From positions 1 to 53,259 of the IMG/VR virus record IMGVR_UViG_3300029448_000057: a stretch of DNA of 53,259 nucleotides; one strand, given 5' to 3'. Numbering within the stretch: the stretch's first letter is position 1; every line of letters begins with the position of its first letter. A program made the position numbers and the translations under genes. Shown piece after piece: positions 19,580-27,530 of the stretch. The notes beneath the pieces were generated by a model. It was not told where the DNA came from. It saw nothing but the letters and a program-made list of their open reading frames with translations, and searched no databases. The DNA comes from a virus (taxonomy: Duplodnaviria; Caudoviricetes).

Positions 19580-21088
19580 TTGGAAACAGCAGAAAAACTG
19601 TACGGGATCTTTCACGGCTCAAATAGGGCTCATGGTAGTTTTACTGTTGGTATAGCATCTACAGGTCAAAAAACTCAAGGCACTGCTAAAACTATAAAGA
19701 CTGTAGGAGCAAACCTTAAACATTGGCAAAAACATTTAGAGGGTCAAGAAGGGCTTGGTATCATACCTATTGACGAAGAAAACTGCGTAAAGTGGGGAGC
19801 GATTGACATTGACTTGTACTCTTTAAACTTAGAAGCCTTAGTAAAAAAGATAGAAGAATTTAAACTACCACTGGTAGTCTGTAGGAGTAAAAGTGGTGGT
19901 GCACATGTGTACTGCTTCTTAAAAGAAAAAGCCCCTGCTGGTGACATGCAAGATAAATTAAGAGAGATAGCTGCAGGATTAGGATATGGTGGTGTAGAAA
20001 TATTCCCTAAACAAAGAGAAGTTTTAGTTGATAGAGGAGATATAGGCAGTTGGTTAAACATGCCTTATTTTGAAGGAGATACTTCACTCAGGTATGCTTT
20101 TGATAAAAAAGGTAAAGCGTTGACTGTAGAAGGTTTTATTAAGTTTGTTGAAAAAAGATCTATCACACATGAAGAATTATTAAACCTAGATATACCCACT
20201 CTAGATGATATAAAGGATGGTCCACCTTGTTTACAGGTTTTACTAAAACAAGGCTTCCCGCAAGGTACAAGAAATAATGGACTATTTAATGTAGGGGTTT
20301 ATTTGAAAAAAGCTAACCCAGAAAAATGGGAAACAGAGATAGAAGATTATAACAGAAAATATGTGAGTCCACCTCTGCCAGCACAGGAAGTTTTAACACT
20401 CATAAGCACACTAAGGAAAAAAGAGTATAACTATAAATGCTCTGATGAACCTATTAAGTCTTATTGTAATGTAGCTAAGTGCAGAACCTGTAAGTTTGGG
20501 GTAGGTGGTGGTGGAGCAGCCCCAACATTCTCTAGTTTAGCTAAACTTGACTCAAAGCCACCACTGTGGTTTTTATCTATCGATGACAAACGTCTAGAGC
20601 TTAGCACTGAGCAGTTACAAAATCAAATAAAGTTTCAAAGGGTGTGTATGGAGACATTAAATATTATGCCCCCACGTATGAATGATAGAGGTTGGCAGGC
20701 ACTTATACAGAACCTTATGGACAACGGTATGGAGATTATAGAGGTGAGTAACGACATATCTGTTGATGGTCAATTTAATGAGTTACTAGAGTCCTTCTGT
20801 ACCGATATGGCACAAGCTAACTCTAAAGAAGAAATACTTTTAGGTAAGCCTTTTACAGAGGAAGGTAGAACATTTTTTAGGATTAAAGACTTAAAAGAAT
20901 ATTTAGTTAAGCACAGATTTACTGAACTAGAAACTAATCGCATAGCCTCTAAGCTAAGGGACATGAAAGCTGAACATAAGTTTGTGAATATGAAGGGTAG
21001 GGGTGTTAATCTTTGGTCTATACCTGAGTTTGATTATGGTGAAGAAGTTGCCCTACCCACACAGATATTTGATGAGGGGGGCATATGA
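19580..21088 (+). CDS. AEP-superfamily primase-polymerase with PriCT-like domain
   Basis: AIDID, RSKSGGAH, LNMPY motifs; PPC...GTRNNGLF; TTG start. Confidence 0.8.
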   Translation: METAEKLYGIFHGSNRAHGSFTVGIASTGQKTQGTAKTIKTVGANLKHWQKHLEGQEGLGIIPIDEENCVKWGAIDIDLYSLNLEALVKKIEEFKLPLVVCRSKSGGAHVYCFLKEKAPAGDMQDKLREIAAGLGYGGVEIFPKQREVLVDRGDIGSWLNMPYFEGDTSLRYAFDKKGKALTVEGFIKFVEKRSITHEELLNLDIPTLDDIKDGPPCLQVLLKQGFPQGTRNNGLFNVGVYLKKANPEKWETEIEDYNRKYVSPPLPAQEVLTLISTLRKKEYNYKCSDEPIKSYCNVAKCRTCKFGVGGGGAAPTFSSLAKLDSKPPLWFLSIDDKRLELSTEQLQNQIKFQRVCMETLNIMPPRMNDRGWQALIQNLMDNGMEIIEVSNDISVDGQFNELLESFCTDMAQANSKEEILLGKPFTEEGRTFFRIKDLKEYLVKHRFTELETNRIASKLRDMKAEHKFVNMKGRGVNLWSIPEFDYGEEVALPTQIFDEGGI

Positions 21089-22578
21089 CTTGGAATGTCG
21101 TCCTTGGTCCACCTGGAACTGGAAAAACAACGTACCTTTTATCAAAAGTTGAGGAGCATTTAGAAAAAGGTACTCCTCCAGATAGGCTTGGTTACTTAGC
21201 TTTTACTAAAAAAGCAGCAAACGAGGCACTAGACAGAGCCATGGATAAGTTTGATTATAGTCCTGACGATTTACCATATTTTAGGACACTACACTCTCTT
21301 TGTTATCGTTGGCTAGGTTTTAATAAAAATGATGTATTAGCTAGAAGTGATCTTAGAGACCTTAGTATAAAAATAGGAGAGAAGATAAACTCAGCTTGGG
21401 ACGGTGAAAACTTAATGTCACTCAGTAGTAGTGGTGATGAAATGTTATTCCTAGAAAATATGGCTAGAAATAAATTACAAGATTATCGTAGTGCTTGGAA
21501 TGAATCTGCACCTGACATAAGTTTTATGCACTTTGATTGGTTTGTAAGGAATTATAAAGCATTTAAGCAAAGCAACTTTTTAATAGATTACACAGATATG
21601 CTTGATATGTTTTGTTCATCGCCAGATAAACCTAAACTCGAGGTACTAATTATAGACGAGGCACAGGATCTATCAGCTTTACAATGGCAGTGTGTAGCTA
21701 AGTTAGCAGAAGGTGTTGAGCATGTTTATATAGCTGGTGACGATGACCAAGCTATTTATAAGTGGGCAGGGGCTGATGTAAATCAGTTTATAAATCTAGA
21801 AGGTAAGTTAACCTACTTAAAACAATCTTACAGAGTTCCTCGTAAAGTACATGACGTGGCGTTAAGAATAGTCAAAAGGATAGGTAATAGAAAAGAAAAG
21901 GTTTGGGAACCTAGAAGTTTAGAAGGCACTGTAAACAGACATGTTAGTTTTGAACACATTGATATGTCGGTCGGTGAGTGGTTAGTTTTAGCTAGAAATA
22001 ATTACTTACTGACACAGGTTGAAGAACATTTAAGAAAGGTGGGTAAGGTTTACGAGAAAAATAGTAAGCCATCTGTGTCTCCTATATTACTCAATGCCAT
22101 ACTTGACTGGGAAAGGTTGAGAAAAGGTGAAAGAGTTCAGGCTGACAAGATACGAAAAATATATGGTTACATGAGAGCTGGTAAAGAAGTTCGTAGAGGT
22201 TTTAAAACTTTGAAGACTGCTGTAGGTGATGAGATGCTTTCAATACAGGATCTAAAGCGTGTGTATGGTTTAATGGTAGACACTATTTGGCATGAATGTT
22301 TCAAGCTCATAGGAAATACTCAAAGAGAATATCTTATATCTTGTTTGCGTAATAATGAGAAACTGTCTGAGTCTAAAATAAGGTTGAATACTATCCATGC
22401 CTCAAAAGGCGGTGAGTCTGAGAACGTGGTTATTTTGTCTGACATGGCTCGTAGGTCATACGATGAGTTATACACTAACCCTGATAATGAGTGTAGAACT
22501 TTTTATGTCGGTGTAACTAGAACTAAAAATAATTTACATTTAGTAAATGGTAAAACAAGAAGGGAGTTTATATTCTAA
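21085..22578 (+). CDS. UvrD/Rep-like SF1 helicase
   Basis: GPPGTGKT, RTLHS, IIDEAQD, GDDDQAIY, QSYR, TIHASKGGE, YVGVTR. Confidence 0.93.
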   Translation: MTWNVVLGPPGTGKTTYLLSKVEEHLEKGTPPDRLGYLAFTKKAANEALDRAMDKFDYSPDDLPYFRTLHSLCYRWLGFNKNDVLARSDLRDLSIKIGEKINSAWDGENLMSLSSSGDEMLFLENMARNKLQDYRSAWNESAPDISFMHFDWFVRNYKAFKQSNFLIDYTDMLDMFCSSPDKPKLEVLIIDEAQDLSALQWQCVAKLAEGVEHVYIAGDDDQAIYKWAGADVNQFINLEGKLTYLKQSYRVPRKVHDVALRIVKRIGNRKEKVWEPRSLEGTVNRHVSFEHIDMSVGEWLVLARNNYLLTQVEEHLRKVGKVYEKNSKPSVSPILLNAILDWERLRKGERVQADKIRKIYGYMRAGKEVRRGFKTLKTAVGDEMLSIQDLKRVYGLMVDTIWHECFKLIGNTQREYLISCLRNNEKLSESKIRLNTIHASKGGESENVVILSDMARRSYDELYTNPDNECRTFYVGVTRTKNNLHLVNGKTRREFIF

Positions 22579-23171
22579 TGATACTTAATTTTAAAAAATA
22601 TTTTGATTCTTTTGACCCAGAGTTTACTTTTTGGGATCCACCTGTAATACGAGATTATGGGGGTGGTAAAATTATAGGCAGACCAACACGTGGTTTTGGC
22701 GATGGTGTGTTTGAGTATGCTGGTAAATTAATGGATCCTGAACCTTGGGGAGCTGAAGACTTTATGATACCAATCAAAAAGAAAGCAGAAAAATTAGCTG
22801 GTACTATATTGGGCAAAGATGTAAACTTTACGTTTTGCCTGTGTGGGTATTATTCTACTAATGGTGAAGGATTGAATCACCACACCGACACAGTACCTAC
22901 AGAAGACGACTTAGTAATATCTATATCATTTGGTGCACCTCGCCTGTTTGAGTGGAGAGAGTATAACGCTGACATTAAAAAGTCTACAAATACTAGTGAA
23001 GTTATTCAGGCATTACACCTACTTGATTATACTACTGAGAATTATTTATTAGAACATGGGGATGCTTTAGTCTTTGATGGTAAATCACAGATGAGAGCTA
23101 CTCATGGTATACCAGATATTAAAGTACCAGCTGGTGAGAGGATAAACATGACTTTTAGAAGTGGTATTTAA
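22578..23171 (+). CDS. AlkB-family 2OG-Fe(II) dioxygenase
   Basis: HxD (HTD)...ISISFGAPRLF...LEHGD...H(GIP)...RINMTFR (RxxxxxR). Confidence 0.85.
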   Translation: MILNFKKYFDSFDPEFTFWDPPVIRDYGGGKIIGRPTRGFGDGVFEYAGKLMDPEPWGAEDFMIPIKKKAEKLAGTILGKDVNFTFCLCGYYSTNGEGLNHHTDTVPTEDDLVISISFGAPRLFEWREYNADIKKSTNTSEVIQALHLLDYTTENYLLEHGDALVFDGKSQMRATHGIPDIKVPAGERINMTFRSGI

Positions 23172-23211
23172 TTGCTATACTTTTACTTTACAAGTAAAGT
23201 AAACTAAATAT

Positions 23212-23691
23212 ATGAATATATTTGTTTTAGATAAAGATATAAAAACTGCCGCACAGATGCACTGTGACAAGCATGTATCTAAAATGATACTTGAGTCCGC
23301 ACAGATGCTTTGTACAGCACTCTGGAATAATTATCAAGACGCTCCATACAAACCTGTGCATGCTAAACACCCTTGTACTTTATGGGCTTCAGACAGTTTG
23401 GAAAACTGGGAGTGGCTTAGAGACTTTGCTATTTATTTAAATGAAGAGTTTTGCTGGAGGTACGATAGGAGCTGTAACCATAAATCAGCTGATGTAATAC
23501 TTTCTTTAACTAGACCTAATATAGAAAGTAAAGGGCTACAACAACACCCACAATGTATGCCAGATGAGTACAAAGTAACTAATGACCCTATACAAGCATA
23601 TAGAAATTATTATGTAGGAGAGAAACATTTTGCCGTCTGGACTAAGCGTGATACTCCTCGTTGGTATACAGAACATTTAGGAATTTTTTAA
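23212..23691 (+). CDS. Pyrimidine-dimer DNA glycosylase / endonuclease V-like protein
   Basis: MNIFVLD...HCDKHV.KMILESAQML.TA...HPCT.WA...AYRNYY. Confidence 0.8.
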   Translation: MNIFVLDKDIKTAAQMHCDKHVSKMILESAQMLCTALWNNYQDAPYKPVHAKHPCTLWASDSLENWEWLRDFAIYLNEEFCWRYDRSCNHKSADVILSLTRPNIESKGLQQHPQCMPDEYKVTNDPIQAYRNYYVGEKHFAVWTKRDTPRWYTEHLGIF

Positions 23692-23698
23692 GGTAGAT

Positions 23699-24544
23699 AT
23701 GAAAGTAAGAGAAAAAAATATTGAAGGCTTTTTTAAGTATGTAAACGAAAGAGAGATGATTCGTATCCGTAAGGAAAGTGGTATGAACCCACCTTGGACA
23801 GAGGATAAAATATTAAAGGAGTTTAGTTTTTGTAACGTATCTAGAGAGGATGACCGTGTTACTAAATGGATAAGAGAAAACTGGAGAGAGCCATACGCTG
23901 ACCACCCCAATCTACCTTTCGCTATGGCGGTAGCTAGGCAAATTAATTGGCCAGATACTTTAGCCGACATAGGTTTTCCTGTAGAGTGGAAGCCTAGAGA
24001 GGTTAAAGCTATTATGCAAGCAAGGAAGGATGCAGGAGAAAAAGTCTACACAGGTGCTTATATGTTGACAGGAACTTTAGGTGGTTCTAAGATTGAGCAA
24101 ACAGTAGATAAAATTTTAACTCCCTTGTATAATAAACACCCAGAGATACTGGGTTATTCATTAGAATCAACATGGCGTAATTATCTACCATATCCAGGAT
24201 TTAGTGGTTTTATGGCTTATGAGGTCGTTACCGACTTAAGACACACTCATCACTTAGGTAATGCTGTAGATATACATAGCTGGGCTAATCCAGGTCCAGG
24301 TGCTAAACGTGGTATCAACAGAATTAATGGTTATGATTTAGATAACCGCATGACTATGGAGGAGTGGGTAAACGAGATGAAAGAGTTACTTGAAGAGTCT
24401 CCTTATCATTTAGAAGGGCATTTTACAAGGTGGTTAGAGATGAGAGATATTGAACATAACTTATGTGAGTTTGATAAGTACGAAAGAGTGAGGCTAGGGC
24501 AAGGTAGACCTAGAGCAAAATATAACTATGCAAATAGATCGTAA
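23699..24544 (+). CDS. aGPT-Pplase1 / 5-hmdU DNA kinase helical-domain family protein
   Basis: ER..IR.RK..G..PPWT.D.IL..F.FCNV.REDDR.T; G.SGFMAYEVVTDL; GPGAKRG; DIEHNLCEFDKY. Confidence 0.85.
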   Translation: MKVREKNIEGFFKYVNEREMIRIRKESGMNPPWTEDKILKEFSFCNVSREDDRVTKWIRENWREPYADHPNLPFAMAVARQINWPDTLADIGFPVEWKPREVKAIMQARKDAGEKVYTGAYMLTGTLGGSKIEQTVDKILTPLYNKHPEILGYSLESTWRNYLPYPGFSGFMAYEVVTDLRHTHHLGNAVDIHSWANPGPGAKRGINRINGYDLDNRMTMEEWVNEMKELLEESPYHLEGHFTRWLEMRDIEHNLCEFDKYERVRLGQGRPRAKYNYANRS

Positions 24545-24755
24545 AGCGTTATTAGAATCGGTTACAGATACAAGTTTAGGGTTCATAATAAATTTCCCTT
24601 TATCTTGGTTAGTTTTATTTCTAATGTTGATGTTTACTCAAGACGCACTATTAATATCAATAATACAAACTACTGTAATAACTGTAACTGCTATTATCAG
24701 AAGATACATTACAAGAATTTATTTTAGAGATTTAACTTATAAGGAGGAACAATGA
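24528..24755 (+). CDS. Small membrane protein (2 TM) within the modification cassette
   Basis: ALLESVTD..LGF.IN followed by two hydrophobic helices, ending RRY..R. Confidence 0.7.
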   Translation: MQIDRKALLESVTDTSLGFIINFPLSWLVLFLMLMFTQDALLISIIQTTVITVTAIIRRYITRIYFRDLTYKEEQ

Positions 24756-25516
24756 AAATTTATATTCCCACTAGAGGAAGACCGCTTAATCAAGAAACTT
24801 TAAAATGGTTTCCTAAAGAAATGCAGACAGATGGTTCTGTAGTCTTAGTAATAGACGAAGACGAAAAAGATGAATACTTTAAATATAAAGATACACCTAA
24901 GATGATTGTACCTAAAGACTGTATAGGTATAGGTCCAAAGCGTAAGTACATTGTAGAAAATACAGATGACTCTCGTATAGTTATGTTAGACGATGACTTA
25001 CGTTTTTATGTTCGTAAAAGTCCAACAGATTGGCACTTACGTTATCTAGAATCAAATGAGTACCCAGCCTTGTTTGGTTTGCTTGATGAGTGGATGAGTC
25101 AGGACTATGCTCATGTAGGAATTAGTGCTAGAGAAGGTAACAACCGTGTAGAAGATTTATCTGTAGAGAACACTAGGTATATGAGGGTATTAGGTTACAA
25201 CTTAGATGTTTTTCCTGATGACGTAGAGTGGGGGAGAACTAAAGTGATGGAGGATTTTGACATAGCCTTACAACTATTAAGAAGAGGTAGAGCCAGTAAG
25301 ATAAGTTTTTACTATGCTCAGGGTCAAAAGTCTTCGAACGCTAAAGGTGGGTGTAGTGAATGGAGAACTATTGATGTACATAATGAGGGGGCTGAAAGGC
25401 TGCATGAGTTACACCCTGATTATGTCAAGGTGGTTGAAAAACAAACTAAAACAGCTTGGAATGGATTACCTCGTAAGGATGTAATCATAAGTTGGAAAAA
25501 AGCATATAGAGGTTAA
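24752..25516 (+). CDS. GT-A glycosyltransferase, TET/JBP-associated (JGT/GREB1-like) type
   Basis: IYIPTRGR start, GIG.KR.YI, VMLDDD (DxD), MEDFD..LQLL..G, GGCS; strong RBS AAGGAGG. Confidence 0.82.
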   Translation: MKIYIPTRGRPLNQETLKWFPKEMQTDGSVVLVIDEDEKDEYFKYKDTPKMIVPKDCIGIGPKRKYIVENTDDSRIVMLDDDLRFYVRKSPTDWHLRYLESNEYPALFGLLDEWMSQDYAHVGISAREGNNRVEDLSVENTRYMRVLGYNLDVFPDDVEWGRTKVMEDFDIALQLLRRGRASKISFYYAQGQKSSNAKGGCSEWRTIDVHNEGAERLHELHPDYVKVVEKQTKTAWNGLPRKDVIISWKKAYRG

Positions 25517-25518
25517 AA

Positions 25519-26547
25519 ATGCAAGTATTAACAGTTAGGAACGTAGAGGATGCCTTCTTACAAGGTATGAACCTTTTACAAGAAGACCATAATATTGAAA
25601 TAACAAGGAATGGTCAAGCATATGTTTGTCCTGAACCTGTAACCACAATATTTACAGAGCCTACAGAAAGAGTTATTTTTTGGGAGGAAAGAGATGCTAA
25701 CCCCTTTTTCCATTTTATGGAGGGACTATGGATGTTAGCAGGTCGTAATGATCTAAAGTCCATGGAGTTTTATAACAAACGCATGAGAGAGTACAGTGAT
25801 GATGGTGAGATCTTATGGGGAGCTTACGGTTGGCGATGGAGAGAGTATTTTAATAAAGATCAGCTACAAATAATTATCGATAGGCTAAATAAAAATAAAT
25901 CAGACAGGCGATGTGTATTACAGATGTGGGATGCTGTAGAAGACTTAAATAGGAACGGTGTTGATGTGCCTTGTAATACCCATATATATTTCCTTGTCCG
26001 TCATTGTGAACAGATGGGCTACCCTGTATTAGAGATGACTGTCTGTAATAGGTCAAACGATATAATCTGGGGAGCGTATGGGGCAAACGCAGTACACCTT
26101 TCTATGTTACAAGAATACGTGGCTAGTGCTATAGGTGTAAAGGTCGGTAAGTATAGACAGATTAGTAATAACTATCATGCATATAAAAAGATATATGACG
26201 AAATATATGAAGAGATGATGAAAAGAGATGCCTTTGATTTTTATACAACAAAATATCTTTTATCAAAAAACCCTTATACAATAGAAGAAGTAGAGCCTTA
26301 TCAGATGGTAAATACAGATTACAAGAAGTGGACGAGTGACTTACACTCTTTCATAGATCGCAAACCTTTTACTGATATGAGTCCTGATACTGATCCCTTT
26401 TTCTTAGAAGTAGCGTGTCCTATACAAGACGCATGGTATTTATCCAAAGAAGTTAGTAAGGAAGAGGCTTTACTTGAAATACAATACTGTAAAGCAACCG
26501 ACTGGGCTAAAGCCTGCTTTGAGTGGCTCACTGCTCGTGTTAAATAA
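25519..26547 (+). CDS. Thymidylate synthase homologue, dUMP hydroxymethylase type
   Basis: NPFFH.ME.LWMLAG, GAYG.R, DRR.VL.MWD, catalytic PCN, RSNDIIWGAYGANAVH (Asn at the uracil-specificity position), HAY. Confidence 0.85.
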   Translation: MQVLTVRNVEDAFLQGMNLLQEDHNIEITRNGQAYVCPEPVTTIFTEPTERVIFWEERDANPFFHFMEGLWMLAGRNDLKSMEFYNKRMREYSDDGEILWGAYGWRWREYFNKDQLQIIIDRLNKNKSDRRCVLQMWDAVEDLNRNGVDVPCNTHIYFLVRHCEQMGYPVLEMTVCNRSNDIIWGAYGANAVHLSMLQEYVASAIGVKVGKYRQISNNYHAYKKIYDEIYEEMMKRDAFDFYTTKYLLSKNPYTIEEVEPYQMVNTDYKKWTSDLHSFIDRKPFTDMSPDTDPFFLEVACPIQDAWYLSKEVSKEEALLEIQYCKATDWAKACFEWLTARVK

Positions 26548-26556
26548 GGAGATTCA

Positions 26557-27237
26557 ATGATACACCAATGGTCTTATAGCAGGTTATCCTGTTTTGAAAA
26601 ATGTCCCAAACAAGCTGAATTTAAATTTGTAAAAAGGATAAAGGAACCTGGAAGTCCAGCTATGGACCGTGGTAAAGATATGCATAAACTGTGTGAGGAA
26701 TACATCCGTGGGCACTTTGATGAAATACCAAAAGAGTTAAAAGACTTTGAAGACGGTTTTAATTTATTAAAAGACTTACATGAAAAGGGTCAAGTGATAT
26801 GTGAAAGTGACTGGGCTTTTACCAAAGAATGGGAAAAAACTGGTTGGTTTGAAGAGGATACTTGGGGCAGAGCTAAAGTAGATGCGTTTGTTTATGACGA
26901 GGGTAATAGTAAAGAAGCTAGGGTCATTGACTTTAAAACTGGTCGTTATGATGGTAATCAAGATGCACATAAAGAACAGTGTGAGCTATATGGTTCTATA
27001 GCTTTGAAACGCTACCCCGAACTAGAAAAAATTATTACAGAGATGTGGTATTTAGATCATAATAAGATTGACAAATATGTTTATGATCAAGACAGTATCA
27101 ATATAAAAAGAAATAAAATAGAAGTGAGGGCTATTGAGATGACAGAAGCTACTGAGTTTCCTGCTAAACCTCAAAAGTTCAAATGTAAATGGTGCTACTT
27201 TGGTAGACAAAATATGTGTAGAGAGGCTGCAGTATGA
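26557..27237 (+). CDS. PD-(D/E)XK exonuclease, Cas4/RecB-like
   Basis: WSYS....F..CP, G...H, VD...VIDFKTG, C-terminal CxxC...C. Confidence 0.85.
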   Translation: MIHQWSYSRLSCFEKCPKQAEFKFVKRIKEPGSPAMDRGKDMHKLCEEYIRGHFDEIPKELKDFEDGFNLLKDLHEKGQVICESDWAFTKEWEKTGWFEEDTWGRAKVDAFVYDEGNSKEARVIDFKTGRYDGNQDAHKEQCELYGSIALKRYPELEKIITEMWYLDHNKIDKYVYDQDSINIKRNKIEVRAIEMTEATEFPAKPQKFKCKWCYFGRQNMCREAAV

Positions 27238-27530
27238 CAACAAATATAAAAATGATAAAAATATTAGCTATGAAAGACGTTGATGACCTTGAAAAGTCAG
27301 AGAAGTCTTATGGGGATAGTTGGCGTAAGTATGACGGTATAAGTGCGTTTATGAATTTAGCTCGTAAATGGGATCGTATAGAGAACCAATCTAAAAATAA
27401 AAAGTATGATTTATTTGAGGCTATAAAAGAGGACATGTCTGATGAAGGCATATTAGATGACATACGAGATTTAAGGAGATATTGTTTATTAATAGAAAGC
27501 TATATGCTAGAACATCATTATAAGAAATAA
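27234..27530 (+). CDS. Nmad1/DUF1599-like all-alpha nucleotide pyrophosphatase (putative)
   Basis: KSYGDSW...G....L.RKWDRI...E.ILDDIRDLRRY. Confidence 0.7.
   Translation: MTTNIKMIKILAMKDVDDLEKSEKSYGDSWRKYDGISAFMNLARKWDRIENQSKNKKYDLFEAIKEDMSDEGILDDIRDLRRYCLLIESYMLEHHYKK

Noticed and set aside
22578-23171. TET/JBP thymine hydroxylase
   Set aside because: Motifs (SISFGA.R.F, L.HGD, RIN.TFR) match the AlkB family rather than TET/JBP
25519-26547. Ordinary ThyA or dCMP hydroxymethylase
   Set aside because: PCN rather than PCH, the WGAYGAN insertion pattern, a C-terminal extension and gene context favour dUMP hydroxymethylase; Asn rather than Asp at the specificity position argues against dCMP. 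Not biochemically proven
26557-27237. Cas4 as evidence of a CRISPR system
   Set aside because: Stand-alone Cas4/RecB-like nucleases are routine in phage replication modules
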